DNA of 64,000 nt, taken from NCBI GenBank assembly GCA_963845085.1, contig CAWJQI010000004.1, forward strand, positions 256,001 to 320,000, given 5' to 3'. The stretch is from Candidatus Fermentibacterota bacterium (lineage in GTDB: Bacteria > Fermentibacterota > Fermentibacteria > Fermentibacterales > JCC-6). Below the pieces are notes generated by a model that made no database searches, was not told where the DNA came from, and saw nothing but the letters and a program-made list of their open reading frames with translations. The translations under genes were made by a program, and so were the position numbers. This document shows, in pieces, positions 28,478 through 38,603 of the stretch. Position 1 is the first letter of the stretch, and each line of letters begins with the position of its first letter.

Positions 28478-29696
28478 ATCTGAGAGCCTCAATGGGAACG
28501 AGCTCCGCGGCTTTCCACGCAGGGAATACTCCGAAGAGAAGACCCACCAGCACTGAAAAACCCATTGCCACCGCCACCGACCAGCCTGATACAACTGCTG
28601 GCAGAGGGGTAAGCCGGTTCACAGCGGTTATCACGGCGACCCCCAGCAGGAGTCCGGCGATTCCGCCGTTGACCGACACGATCACCGCTTCGGCAAGGAA
28701 CTGAAGCACGATGTCGGATTTCCTTGCACCTATGGCCCTTCTCGTACCGATCTCCCTTGTCCTCTCGGTCACGCTCACCAGGGTTATGTTCATTATTCCT
28801 ATTCCGCCCACCAGCAGCGAGATGGCTGCTATGCCGATCGTCACTGCGGCAACCGTCGACAGCAGCTCATCGATCGAGCTCAGCGCGCTTTCCTGGGTGA
28901 TGATGTAGAAGTTGTCTTCATCGTCCGCCGACAGCCCCCTGACCCTGCGCAGAATGCTCGCGGCCTCCTCCCCGCAGGCTTCCATTGTCACTTCAGTTCT
29001 GGGAAGCACTGTGATTCGAACATCGCCGTCCGGTCTTGAGAACAGGCTCTGGAAAGTCTTGAAGGGCACGGTTATCTCATTGTCCAGCCCCATGCCGAAC
29101 ATGCTCCCGGATTCCTCGCCGATCCCCGTCACCGTGAACCTGTGCCCGTCCACCGTCACAGCTGACCCGATGTCGGCGCTGGTGAAGGAAAGCACCTCTG
29201 CCAGACCGGCTCCGAGAATGCACACCCTTGAGCGGGCTTCGTCCTCGGCCCAGGTGAAAAACCTCCCGGAAGCGACATCGGAGCCCGACACCACTTCGGT
29301 CGAGGGCGACACTCCCTGGATCATGACGTCCGATGCGCTGCTGCCGCCATACACAACCGATCCTGAGCCACTGCTGCTCCACGCGACCGCCTCGGCCGAG
29401 CCCATGTACTCCTCCAGCGATTCCGCATCATCCGATGTGAGTGCGGGCCACGAGCGAGACCTTGTCATCGATTCGAAATCGTGGAAGCCTGGGTTGTGCC
29501 TCGATACCTCGAACACCCTTGCGCTCAGCATGCTCTCGAACTGCTGCTCCACGAATCCTCCAACACCTGCGACGACCCCGACGAGAACCACAACTGCCGT
29601 CACGCCGACAAGCACGCCGAAGGATGTGAGGAAGCTCCGGACAGGGTTCGAGCGGAGGGAATGCAGCGCCGACAGGCAGATCTCCCACCACCTCAT
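28470..29696 (-). CDS. MacB/FtsX-family ABC permease
   Basis: RSFLTSFGV, GGIGIMNITLVSVTERTREIG and PIEALRYE. Confidence 0.93.
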   Translation of the reverse strand: MRWWEICLSALHSLRSNPVRSFLTSFGVLVGVTAVVVLVGVVAGVGGFVEQQFESMLSARVFEVSRHNPGFHDFESMTRSRSWPALTSDDAESLEEYMGSAEAVAWSSSGSGSVVYGGSSASDVMIQGVSPSTEVVSGSDVASGRFFTWAEDEARSRVCILGAGLAEVLSFTSADIGSAVTVDGHRFTVTGIGEESGSMFGMGLDNEITVPFKTFQSLFSRPDGDVRITVLPRTEVTMEACGEEAASILRRVRGLSADDEDNFYIITQESALSSIDELLSTVAAVTIGIAAISLLVGGIGIMNITLVSVTERTREIGTRRAIGARKSDIVLQFLAEAVIVSVNGGIAGLLLGVAVITAVNRLTPLPAVVSGWSVAVAMGFSVLVGLLFGVFPAWKAAELVPIEALRYE

Positions 29697-30412
29697 GCTC
29701 CGGTGTCCTCAACGATCGAGCCGTCCCTGAGTTTGATCGCCCTCGTTCCCATGGACGCAACCTGCTGGTCGTGTGTCACAAGGAGGATCGTGTTGCCCTC
29801 GTCGTGAACCTGCATGATGAGTTCCATGATGGAAAGGCCGGTGTGGCTGTCGAGATTTCCCGTCGGCTCGTCTGCGAGAAGCAGTGACGGCCCTGTTACG
29901 AGCGCCCTTGCAATCGCAACCCGCTGCCTCTCCCCCCCGGAAAGCTGGTTGGATCTGTGATGCGCGCGGGAGGCCAGCCCGGTCTTCGAAAGCATTGCGA
30001 GTGACCGGCTCCTTCTCTCCTCGCGGGAAACCCCCGCGTACATCAGCGGCAGCTCTACGTTCTGAATGGCTGTCATGCGGGGCAGCAGGTTGAACGTCTG
30101 GAAGATGAAGCCGATGTGACGGTTCCTTATGCCGGCAAGCGTGCTGTCGTTCATCCCCCCCACCTGTCGGCCCATGAGCAGGTAGCTCCCGGAAGTCGGC
30201 TTGTCCAGGCACCCGATGATGCTCAGCAGTGTGCTCTTCCCCGATCCCGACGCCCCCATGATCGTGGTGAAAGCCCCCCGGTCGAGCCTGAGGTCGACAC
30301 CGGCAAGCGCCTCCACAAGAACCTCTCCCATCAGGTAGGATTTCCTGAGGCCCGATGCGTCAACTACCGGCGTGCGGGAAGCCGGGGCCTGCACTTCCGT
30401 CATCTCCTCCAC
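29693..30412 (-). CDS. ABC transporter ATP-binding protein (LolD/MacB-like)
   Basis: [34 protein letters not shown] and VTHD. Confidence 0.95.
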   Translation of the reverse strand: MEEMTEVQAPASRTPVVDASGLRKSYLMGEVLVEALAGVDLRLDRGAFTTIMGASGSGKSTLLSIIGCLDKPTSGSYLLMGRQVGGMNDSTLAGIRNRHIGFIFQTFNLLPRMTAIQNVELPLMYAGVSREERRSRSLAMLSKTGLASRAHHRSNQLSGGERQRVAIARALVTGPSLLLADEPTGNLDSHTGLSIMELIMQVHDEGNTILLVTHDQQVASMGTRAIKLRDGSIVEDTGA

Positions 30413-31532
30413 CCCCCTCCGGCGCTCCGGGGACGTCGCCGTCGCCCAGGGTGCGCAGCAGTGCGGTGGGGCCGCTCACTATGCTGTCCCCGGGGGTCAC
30501 CCCGGTTACCTCGATCTCCATTACGCTGTTCACTCCGGTCTCCACCGGGACCACATGAACCCTGCCGTTCTCAACCCTGAGCACCGCCGACACTTCCCCT
30601 GCGTCGCCAACCTGCCTCCGTACAATGCTCTGGATGGGCACTATCACGCAGGAATCGCTTCTTGCTGTGAGGATCCCAACCGAGGCTGACATTCCCGAGC
30701 GCATCCTCGGGTCAACGGCATCCAGCTTCACCAGCACCTCGTACTCGGCTGCGGTCTCGCCGCCCGCGTCGTTGGACGAAGCCAGCCCGACGCTCTCGAC
30801 AACCCCCGGGAACGTCATGTCGGGCAGGGCGTCAAGCGTGGCCTCGGCTGCCATGCCCTCCCGAACGTTCACCACCTCGCTCTCGACCATGGTCACGCGC
30901 ACAAGGAAAGCGGACATGTCCTCGATGGTGAGAAGCACCGTCCCGGCGTTGTTCATGGTACCCACCACGGCCATCTCACCCTCCTCCACGTTCACCGCGG
31001 TAACTGTGCCGTCAACCGGCGCGGTGTAGGAAGTCTCCCCCATGTCGTCCTCGGCACGGGTTTCACCGGCGAGCGCCATGGTCAGCTCCGCCCTCGCCGT
31101 GGCCACGTCCTCATCCGCCGCCGTGAGTTCCTCCCGGTTGGACAGACCGGCATCCCACAGGGCATGGATGCGCGTCTGCTGTCTTATGGCCCTCTCGACG
31201 GCGACCGTTGCCATCCCCACCTGGGCGCGGGCTTCGGAAAGCCCCGCCCGGGCGTCACTCGTTTCGAGCGTCAGAAGGAGCTGGCCGGCCGCAACCGTAT
31301 CGCCCTCCTGTACCGTTATTGATTCGATGAGCCCAGCCCTTGCGGCACTGATCGAAACCTTGCGCACGCCCTCGAGTGTGCCTGACCCGTCCGCACGCTC
31401 CGAAAGGCTGCCCAGCCTGGCCAAAGTTATCTGCACCCCGGTTTCCACAGGAGCCGGTTTTCCTGCAAGGCCGGCTACCAGAACGGCGACCGGAATCACA
31501 AGAAGAAGCAGGAATCCATTCCGCCTTTTCAT
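30360..31532 (-). CDS. MacA-like periplasmic adaptor
   Basis: Start MKRRNG; VQEGDTV, YTAPVDGTV, MRSGMSA and VPIQSI motifs. Confidence 0.9.
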   Translation of the reverse strand: MKRRNGFLLLLVIPVAVLVAGLAGKPAPVETGVQITLARLGSLSERADGSGTLEGVRKVSISAARAGLIESITVQEGDTVAAGQLLLTLETSDARAGLSEARAQVGMATVAVERAIRQQTRIHALWDAGLSNREELTAADEDVATARAELTMALAGETRAEDDMGETSYTAPVDGTVTAVNVEEGEMAVVGTMNNAGTVLLTIEDMSAFLVRVTMVESEVVNVREGMAAEATLDALPDMTFPGVVESVGLASSNDAGGETAAEYEVLVKLDAVDPRMRSGMSASVGILTARSDSCVIVPIQSIVRRQVGDAGEVSAVLRVENGRVHVVPVETGVNSVMEIEVTGVTPGDSIVSGPTALLRTLGDGDVPGAPEGGGGDDGSAGPGFPHAGS

Positions 31533-31533
31533 T

Positions 31534-32787
31534 TCATTCTCCAACTCTCGGGCTGATGCCGCACAGGACAAGGTAGTCGACCTCGGCGATCAGGCAGTCT
31601 GCAACGGCAGTCACCCGGGCAGCTTCGGCTTCTGCGAGTTCCGCCTGCGCCTCGAGCAGCCCTGCCAGTTCAAGCGCCCCCATCCGGTGACGCAGTAGAG
31701 CCAGTTCGGCCTTCTCAGAGGCATATTCAACCCGCAGCTTCGACAGCTCAAGGCCCCTGATCGATGAGAGCAGGGCTTCCCTCAACTGCACGGCCGCCGC
31801 CGCATTTTCATCGCCGGCTTCGGAAAGCTCCGCCCCGGCCCTGAGAAGTGAGGCGCGCGCGCTCATGAGCTGCCCGTTTCGGAGCCAGCCGTCGTAAAGC
31901 GGCCAGTCGAGGCTCAGCTTCACATTCCATGAGGTGTTTTCATCCAGGTCTCCGAAATCGGGTTCGTCGTTGTTCCACCCCACCGACCCACCGACGGACA
32001 GGGAGGGAAGAAATGAGGCCGACGCTGCGGCTGCCTCGAGTTCCGCCCTTTCGAGGCCGATGCGGGAAGCATCGAGCGATGGGCTATTGCCCGTGTATTC
32101 CGGCAGCGACGAAAATGCTGCCTCGTCCATGGGTTCGGGCACACCCGAGGTATCGACCGACAGCGACCGGTCGCCTGCGACCCCGGCCGCAACCCTCAGG
32201 TCCGCCAGCGCGTTTTCATAGTCGGAAAGCCTCTCCATAACAGCGAGGCGGTCCCCGGTCTCCTGCACCCTTGCGCTGCTGAGATCGAGAGCATTTGCGG
32301 CACCGAGTTCAAAGAGCATCCCGGCCCTTGAAAGAACAGCAGTGCTCCTCGTGTGGGCGGCCTCCGCCGAGCGTGCGAGCCCGCCCGCCTCGACCACCCT
32401 GTAGAAGGCCCTGGCCACGGTCTGCTCTAGGGCGAGGATCGCAGCCTCCCGCTCAAGTTCCGTCTCCCTTCTCCCCAGCGATGCAGCCTGCGTTGTCCGC
32501 ACACCGGCCAGACCGGCAAGAACGGGAAGCTCCTGGGAAAGAGAAAAGCCTGCGGAATAGGAAGCTGATTCCCGGTCGGCCCATGAATAGCCGCCTGCGG
32601 CGGAGAAGTTGATTTTCGGAAGCAGCGCAGCCCTCGTGGTTATGAACGATGCCTCGGCCTGCATCCGCGATGCGGAAAGCTGTTCGACCACCGGCGAATT
32701 CTCATGGGCAAGCCGCATCCACCCTTCAAGATCGAGCCCGGCCGGTGTTTCCGCCACCAGCGCCATCATCAGTAGAGAAACGAGCAT
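31534..32787 (-). CDS. tolC: TolC-family outer membrane efflux protein
   Basis: Two OEP repeats (LLPKINFSA; FLPSLSVGG...LDWPLYDG) and Ala-rich helices; located in the adaptor/ABC operon. Confidence 0.85.
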   Translation of the reverse strand: MLVSLLMMALVAETPAGLDLEGWMRLAHENSPVVEQLSASRMQAEASFITTRAALLPKINFSAAGGYSWADRESASYSAGFSLSQELPVLAGLAGVRTTQAASLGRRETELEREAAILALEQTVARAFYRVVEAGGLARSAEAAHTRSTAVLSRAGMLFELGAANALDLSSARVQETGDRLAVMERLSDYENALADLRVAAGVAGDRSLSVDTSGVPEPMDEAAFSSLPEYTGNSPSLDASRIGLERAELEAAAASASFLPSLSVGGSVGWNNDEPDFGDLDENTSWNVKLSLDWPLYDGWLRNGQLMSARASLLRAGAELSEAGDENAAAAVQLREALLSSIRGLELSKLRVEYASEKAELALLRHRMGALELAGLLEAQAELAEAEAARVTAVADCLIAEVDYLVLCGISPRVGE

Positions 32788-33290
32788 GACGGCTCCTGGT
32801 TCAAGGGCACAGCGGAGTGCAGGACAGTTGGTGTCCCGCCTGTCTCACAACCCTCCGCCGGCGCGGCTGCCACCGGCTCCTCCTGTACGCTCAGGCACAG
32901 GCTGGTTTCAAGGGCCTTGTTCATCACGGCGAGTTCTTCGAAGGAAGGGCCCGTCCCGCCGGTTGCGAACGGGCTCCCGGAGAGCACGGCTTCCTCGCCG
33001 GGTCCGGGCCTCCCGTTCATGTCTGCGTCATGGAAAACAAGGATCACGTAGCTGCCGTGAGGCAGCCCTTCGATCTCGGCGTACGCCCTGTGGCCGAGGA
33101 TCGGGCAGGCAACGGTGCATAAAGCGTTTTCGGGATCGGGGGGAACCCCCCAGCCGTCCCTGTCGAAGAAGGCCACCAGGGCAATTCCATCCGAGGATGC
33201 AAACCCCGTGGCCTCGACGCTGAACGTTGTCACTGTCGGCGCGGCGACCTGAAGGATCACCGCAGCGGTTAAAGAAAGCATGTCCGCCAT
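32769..33290 (-). CDS. DUF2141-like protein, first gene of the exporter operon
   Basis: G.ALVAFF...LPHGSYVILVFHDADMNG...PSFEE; paralog-like to 26682..27254. Confidence 0.7.
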   Translation of the reverse strand: MADMLSLTAAVILQVAAPTVTTFSVEATGFASSDGIALVAFFDRDGWGVPPDPENALCTVACPILGHRAYAEIEGLPHGSYVILVFHDADMNGRPGPGEEAVLSGSPFATGGTGPSFEELAVMNKALETSLCLSVQEEPVAAAPAEGCETGGTPTVLHSAVPLNQEPSCSFLY

Positions 33291-33348
33291 CCCTTCGCTG
33301 GTTGCGAAGGGATGATACCGAAGCGTTGTTGCTCTTCTTTTTCAGCCC

Positions 33349-33364
33349 TGTAACAGAATGTAAC
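33349..33364 (-). promoter_or_regulatory. Direct-repeat operator candidate GTTACA-TTCT-GTTACA
   Basis: Perfect hexamer direct repeat with a 10-bp period, 60-70 nt upstream of the DUF2141-like/tolC operon. Confidence 0.5.
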
Positions 33365-33376
33365 GCCCCGGGGCGG

Positions 33377-35137
33377 CTACTCCCCCGCCACCCTGAAGAC
33401 CCGTTCCGTCATAAGGCCGGCTTCGCGAAGCACCTGCTGACGCCTGATCTTTTTGGTCGTCGTCTTGGGGAACTCGAGGTCACGAAGGATGAAGTTGGTT
33501 ATCCTCTTGAACAGGGGGTTCTGGGAGTTCACCCTGCCTATCTCGCCGCGTATCACCCCGAGGCCGAACTCCTCGGTCAGCTTCTCGCCGCGGCTTTCAG
33601 CAAGGCTTATCAGGGCGTCATAGTCGGGAAAGATGATGCACCAGATCTCCTCGCCCTTTGTCTCCGACACCCGGCCGAACACAAGGCTCTCGGAAATGTA
33701 GCCGCTCCGGTTGAGTATGTGCTCGAGTTCCTCGGGGTAGACGTTCTTCCCGTTCTTTGCCACGATGACGTTCTTCTTCCGGCCGGTCACACGGAGAATG
33801 CCGTTGCGGTAGATCCCGAAGTCACCGGTGCGGAACCAGCCGTCGGGCGAGAGGACCTCGGCGGTGGCCCTGGGGTCGTTGTGGTAGCCTATCATCACGT
33901 TGGGTCCCCTGACGAGTATCTCTCCGGCCCCCTCGGGGTCGGGGTCGACGATCTTCACCTCGACGTCGGGCAGGGGTGGGCCGACCGTGCCGGGTTCCCG
34001 AACATCGTACCGGCAGACTGCAACGATCGGTGAGCATTCCGTAAGCCCGTAACCCTGCAGCATCCTGATGCCCAGGTCGCCGAAGCCCTTCATCACCTGG
34101 GCGTCGAGCGCAGCGCCGCCCGAAACGAGGGTGCGGAGTTTGCCGCCGAAACGGTTATGGACCTGCGAGAAAACCTTCTTCCTTATGCCATGGCTTCCCA
34201 GCAGTTCACCGGCGCTGCAGAAAGCCTTCCCCAGGGCGAACTTGAAGCGGCCGCCCTTCATGCTTCTGATCTGCCCGATTATCCTCCGGTACATCCCCTC
34301 CCAGAGGAGAGGGACGCCCAGCATCAGTGTAATGCCGTTCTCGGCGAGATCTTCCAGGATGTATCTGAGCCCCCGCGCAACGACCACGGTGCAGCCGTGC
34401 TGAAGCGGGCAGAGGAAGCCGCACACGCACTCGTACATGTGATGGAAGGGAAGGACGGAAAGGAAAACCTCGTCGTTCTCGATGTAGGCCGACGAGAGCA
34501 TCATCTGGATGTCGCTCGTGATGTTGCGGTGAGAGAGCACCACGCCCTTGGCAGCACCCATCGTTCCGGAGGTGTACGAGATTACCGCCACATCGTTGGA
34601 GTCGATGTCGGAAGGCAGCAGGTTGCCCGCCCTGCCTCCGCCCGAAAGCACCTGTCCGAAGGTCTGGAAGTGCTGCGATTCGCTGCAGTTCATCACTATG
34701 TACCGGCTGCAGCCGGTTTTACCGTCGTGTGCACCACCCAGCACGGCCTCCTGGAAGCTGCTGTCGAACACGAAGATGCCGGCGCCCGAGTAGTGGATGA
34801 TCGCGCTTATGTCGGAAGGGGGGAGTTCCTTGTCTATCGGCACGACCACCCCGCCCGCCTTCAGGGTTCCAAGGAAAGCCACCGCCCATTGGATGCAGTT
34901 CCTGCCGCAGATGGCGACAACCGGCTTGCCTCCCGTTTCCAGGAGTCCGCGGGCGAAGTCTTCGGCCATCTCATGAATGCGCCGGAAGGAAACCTCTGCG
35001 GTCTTCCCGTCCGGGGAGGGCTCCCGCATGAACACCCTGTCCCCCCACCTGGCCGCCGAAGCGTCAAGCATCCCGGGAATGGTATCGAACCGCTCTATAT
35101 CCCTAAGAGGACCGCCTGGAAACGAAGACCTGCTCAT
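33377..35137 (-). CDS. fadD: Long-chain fatty acid--CoA ligase (AMP-binding)
   Basis: YTSGTMGAAKG, QGYGLTE, WFRTGD and GRKKNVIV...GKNVYPEE. Confidence 0.9.
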   Translation of the reverse strand: MSRSSFPGGPLRDIERFDTIPGMLDASAARWGDRVFMREPSPDGKTAEVSFRRIHEMAEDFARGLLETGGKPVVAICGRNCIQWAVAFLGTLKAGGVVVPIDKELPPSDISAIIHYSGAGIFVFDSSFQEAVLGGAHDGKTGCSRYIVMNCSESQHFQTFGQVLSGGGRAGNLLPSDIDSNDVAVISYTSGTMGAAKGVVLSHRNITSDIQMMLSSAYIENDEVFLSVLPFHHMYECVCGFLCPLQHGCTVVVARGLRYILEDLAENGITLMLGVPLLWEGMYRRIIGQIRSMKGGRFKFALGKAFCSAGELLGSHGIRKKVFSQVHNRFGGKLRTLVSGGAALDAQVMKGFGDLGIRMLQGYGLTECSPIVAVCRYDVREPGTVGPPLPDVEVKIVDPDPEGAGEILVRGPNVMIGYHNDPRATAEVLSPDGWFRTGDFGIYRNGILRVTGRKKNVIVAKNGKNVYPEELEHILNRSGYISESLVFGRVSETKGEEIWCIIFPDYDALISLAESRGEKLTEEFGLGVIRGEIGRVNSQNPLFKRITNFILRDLEFPKTTTKKIRRQQVLREAGLMTERVFRVAGE

Positions 35138-35224
35138 GGAACCCTTTCCGTTCGAAAAACCCCTTGAGAGTTAAAGAATACAGTGACGCAGCACCGAAAA
35201 CAACGGGGAACTGCGCGCGAAGTG

Positions 35225-36136
35225 TCACCTCATGAGCTCGGACAGGTTGAAGTCGACCCAGAAGAGGCCGCACTCCTGCTGTGTCTGCCCGGCGAGTGCC
35301 GCGCCTATGGCAGTCGGCGGGGAGTCGAGCGTTTCCCACCACACCCTGTCGCTCTCGTACCCGTACTGGAAGAACACGCGGTTCGGATGGAATGCCCCTG
35401 CCCACTCCCCTGCCGCCGCAAGGAATGTGTTCATATCGGCAAACCCCTGCCCGTCGTCGACGAAGATGATGTCACCCCGGAAGGAGGGCGGCATGAATCC
35501 TGAATCCCAGTGCTTAAGGAAAAGGTCATAACCTGCATCATGCGAGGCGACAAGGCTGTCCCACAGCATCGCTGCGGAGTCGCTGACGGGAACTCCCGTC
35601 CCGCCCTCCGTCACGTTCCCGTACCACTCCACGTCCACGCCGAACCCGGCAACACAGGGGTGGCTGCCGTACCTGTCAAGCACGAGGTCGACAAGGGTCG
35701 GAACATCAGCGAAGCCCGGTTCCACCTGAAGGAACACCCTGACGCCGTGGCTGTCGAACCAGGTCAGGTATTCCTCGTGCATGTCCTCTTCCGAAAAACT
35801 GATGTGCGGATAGGATGTTCCGCCCGAGGGGAACTCGAGGTTCACCCCGCCCACACCCTCGTCAATCGTGCCGACTATCCAGAGCGCTGCGGGAGCGGAG
35901 CCCTGAAATGCATCCGACATGACCCTGATGCAGGCCTCCCAGGTGGCGGGGTCGGGGAACGGATCGACGCCGTAGCTCGATGAGCGCACCCCCGCAAAAC
36001 CCACGCCGTCTTCAGTGCCGGGACCGCTCGGTGACTGCGGACCGCAGCCCGCGGCAAGCATGATGGCAAGCGCTGCGGCTGCGAGGAGTGCCCTTGCGGG
36101 GGCCGTCATCCCGATGGAAATTGCTGCAACTGCCAT
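35225..36136 (-). CDS. Hypothetical lipoprotein, possibly a glycoside-hydrolase-like TIM barrel
   Basis: Lipobox LAAGC; VFLQVEPG, GFGVDVEW and FVDDGQ; ends GLFWVDF. Confidence 0.6.
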   Translation of the reverse strand: MAVAAISIGMTAPARALLAAAALAIMLAAGCGPQSPSGPGTEDGVGFAGVRSSSYGVDPFPDPATWEACIRVMSDAFQGSAPAALWIVGTIDEGVGGVNLEFPSGGTSYPHISFSEEDMHEEYLTWFDSHGVRVFLQVEPGFADVPTLVDLVLDRYGSHPCVAGFGVDVEWYGNVTEGGTGVPVSDSAAMLWDSLVASHDAGYDLFLKHWDSGFMPPSFRGDIIFVDDGQGFADMNTFLAAAGEWAGAFHPNRVFFQYGYESDRVWWETLDSPPTAIGAALAGQTQQECGLFWVDFNLSELMR

Positions 36137-36209
36137 GAATGTCCCCCTTTTCTGCTTCCGCTGCGAACAGCCCGTTCCGCCACCGGCATCAGACAAACGC
36201 AGCCCTTCC

Positions 36210-37049
36210 TCACCTCCGGGAATCATTCGGAGAACCCGGCAACTGAGCCCCGTGCATGTGCACGTCGCTCTGGGGGAAGGGGATGGTTATGCCCTCGGCG
36301 TCGAAGCGCTTCTTGATCTCCTCATGAAGGTGGAAATAAACATCCCAGTAGTCCTGCGTTTTTACCCACGGACGTACCGCGAAATTGACGCTGCTCTCGG
36401 CCAGATCAAGCACGCCGATGACCGGGGCGGGGTCCTTCAGTATCCTGCCGTCGGCCTGGAGGATGCCCTCGAGAACCTTGCGAACCCTGTCCAGGTTGTC
36501 GGCATAGCTGACCCCGACGACGATGTCAACGCGGCGTTCCTCCTTGGCCGAGTAGTTCGTGATGTTGTCTGTCACGAGCTTGCCGTTCGGCACGATTACC
36601 TTCTTGTTGTCGGGAGTTCGCAGGTCGGTCGTGAAGATGCCTATGGCCTCGACGATGCCGGCCGTGCCTCCCCCTTCGATGAAGTCGCCCACCTTGAACG
36701 GTTTGAAGATCACCATGAGCACGCCTGCCGCGAAGTTGGACAGCGACCCCTGGAGGGCAAGGCCAATGGCAAGGCCCACGGCTCCCAGGATGGCCACGAA
36801 CGAAGCGGTCTGGACCCCGAGCTGGCTCAGGGCGGCAATGATGACCAGCGCCAGCACGGCCACGTAGGACAGGCTGCATGCGAACGACACCAGCGTCTCG
36901 TCGACGCTGTGCTTTCTGAGAAGTCTTCTGAGCACCTTCCTTGTGCCCCTGGCCGCCAGTCGGCCCAGGAACAGAATGACCGCTGCGCCGATGACCTTGA
37001 GCCCGTAAAGCGCGACCCACTCCCTGAGGGTGTTGAGAACCAGCTCCAC
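36210..37049 (-). CDS. mscS: Small-conductance mechanosensitive channel
   Basis: GLAIGLALQGSLSNFAAG, KPFKVGDFI and IPFPQ. Confidence 0.95.
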   Translation of the reverse strand: MELVLNTLREWVALYGLKVIGAAVILFLGRLAARGTRKVLRRLLRKHSVDETLVSFACSLSYVAVLALVIIAALSQLGVQTASFVAILGAVGLAIGLALQGSLSNFAAGVLMVIFKPFKVGDFIEGGGTAGIVEAIGIFTTDLRTPDNKKVIVPNGKLVTDNITNYSAKEERRVDIVVGVSYADNLDRVRKVLEGILQADGRILKDPAPVIGVLDLAESSVNFAVRPWVKTQDYWDVYFHLHEEIKKRFDAEGITIPFPQSDVHMHGAQLPGSPNDSRR

Positions 37050-37094
37050 CTATGACCTCCCGAGTTCAGCCATTCAGGGGGCGGGGCCCTGCAT

Positions 37095-38597
37095 CTACCG
37101 GCCCTTCAGCACCCCGGCGACCTTTTCCAAAAGGCCGGTCACCGAGAACGGCTTTCTTATGAAATTGATCGAGTCGGGCGAGAAGCCCTGGCTCGTGATG
37201 ACACCGCTTGCGTAACCCGACATGAAGAGCACCTTCGCTTCAGAGTGGGTTTCGAGGATCGCCCGGTACACTTCGGGGCCTTTCATCCCCGGCATGACCA
37301 TGTCGGTCAGAACCAGCGTGACGGGCTCGCTCTGTTCCTTCGCCATCCGCACCGCCTCGTCGGTGGAGTCCGGAACAAGGACCCTGTAGCCGGCGCTCTC
37401 AAGGATTCCGGCGGCGAGGTTCCTCACGATGGGCTCATCCTCGATGACCATCACCGTGGCCGAGCCGGCGGCAGGTTTCTCCTCCGGGGCGCGTTCATCC
37501 CTTCCTTCAAGCTCTTCGACCGGTGCCGCCGGGAGGAGGATGGTGAACGTCGAACCCTGGCCGGGCTGGCTTTCCACCTGAATGCTGCCGCCATGCTGCT
37601 TCACGATTCCGTAGACGGTGGAAAGCCCGAGCCCCGTTCCCTTCTCCTGCGGCTTGGTGGTGAAGAAGGGCTCGAAGATGTTCCGAAGGAGCTCCGGGCT
37701 CATTCCGATACCCTGGTCGCTGACCCTGATGAACGCCTGCCCGACTGTCCCCGCCCCTGTCTCCGGGCCGCCGGCATCAGCATCCGGATCGCAACGGCCG
37801 GACTCGATGGTGAGGATGCCCCCGTCGGGCATGGCGTCACGTGCGTTGATGGCCAGATTCATGATGACCTGTTCCAGCTGGGACTTGTCGGCCTTCACGG
37901 GGAGGGGATCGGCCGGGAGAAGCATCTCGAGCACGATGTCATCGCCGAGTGTGCGTCTGAGAAGGTTCGTCAGGCCGGTGAGCACGGAATTGACGTCGAG
38001 TGTTCTGATCTCGAGAACCTGCCTTCTGCTGAAGGCCACGAGCTGCCTTGTGAGGTCCCTTGCCTTGCACCCGGCATCGAGTATGGCTTCAAGGCCGCTT
38101 CTGACCCTGTCCGACGATCCCTCCTCCAGAAGCAGCAGCTCGCAGTAACCGAGAACGACCGACAACAGGTTGTTGAAATCGTGCGCAACGCCGCCCGCAA
38201 GCCTCCCCACAGCCTCCATCTTGCGGGCCTGCAAAAGCTGCTCGAGAAGCCCGGCCCTCTCCGTGGTGTCGCGGATGAAGCCGCCAACGCCCGTCCTTCC
38301 GTCCCCGAGGTGTACCGGGAACTTGCGGACCTCGAATGTGCTTGCGCCTATCGTTTCGGATGAGATGACGAGGCTGTTCCCCCTGATCGCCGCGAGGTCG
38401 CTCTCACGGCATGCAGCCGCGGCCTCCTCCGGGAGAAGTTCGGAATCGGAAAGGCCGACCACCTCTTCCGGCGTTCTTCCCAGGTACTTCGCATTGGCGT
38501 TGTTGACGAACAGGTAGCGCAGGTGTTCGTCCTTCAGAAACGCCATGTCGTCTATGGCGTTCAGCAGGGCTGCGCTCAGCCTGTCATCGTACCCCAA
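37095..38597 (-). CDS. PAS - histidine kinase - receiver hybrid
   Basis: GRLAGGVAHDFNNLL, NLAINARDAM, GTGLGLSTVYG, and receiver TDMVMPG...RKPF. Confidence 0.93.
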   Translation of the reverse strand: MGYDDRLSAALLNAIDDMAFLKDEHLRYLFVNNANAKYLGRTPEEVVGLSDSELLPEEAAAACRESDLAAIRGNSLVISSETIGASTFEVRKFPVHLGDGRTGVGGFIRDTTERAGLLEQLLQARKMEAVGRLAGGVAHDFNNLLSVVLGYCELLLLEEGSSDRVRSGLEAILDAGCKARDLTRQLVAFSRRQVLEIRTLDVNSVLTGLTNLLRRTLGDDIVLEMLLPADPLPVKADKSQLEQVIMNLAINARDAMPDGGILTIESGRCDPDADAGGPETGAGTVGQAFIRVSDQGIGMSPELLRNIFEPFFTTKPQEKGTGLGLSTVYGIVKQHGGSIQVESQPGQGSTFTILLPAAPVEELEGRDERAPEEKPAAGSATVMVIEDEPIVRNLAAGILESAGYRVLVPDSTDEAVRMAKEQSEPVTLVLTDMVMPGMKGPEVYRAILETHSEAKVLFMSGYASGVITSQGFSPDSINFIRKPFSVTGLLEKVAGVLKGR

Positions 38598-38603
38598 GGG
38601 CGC

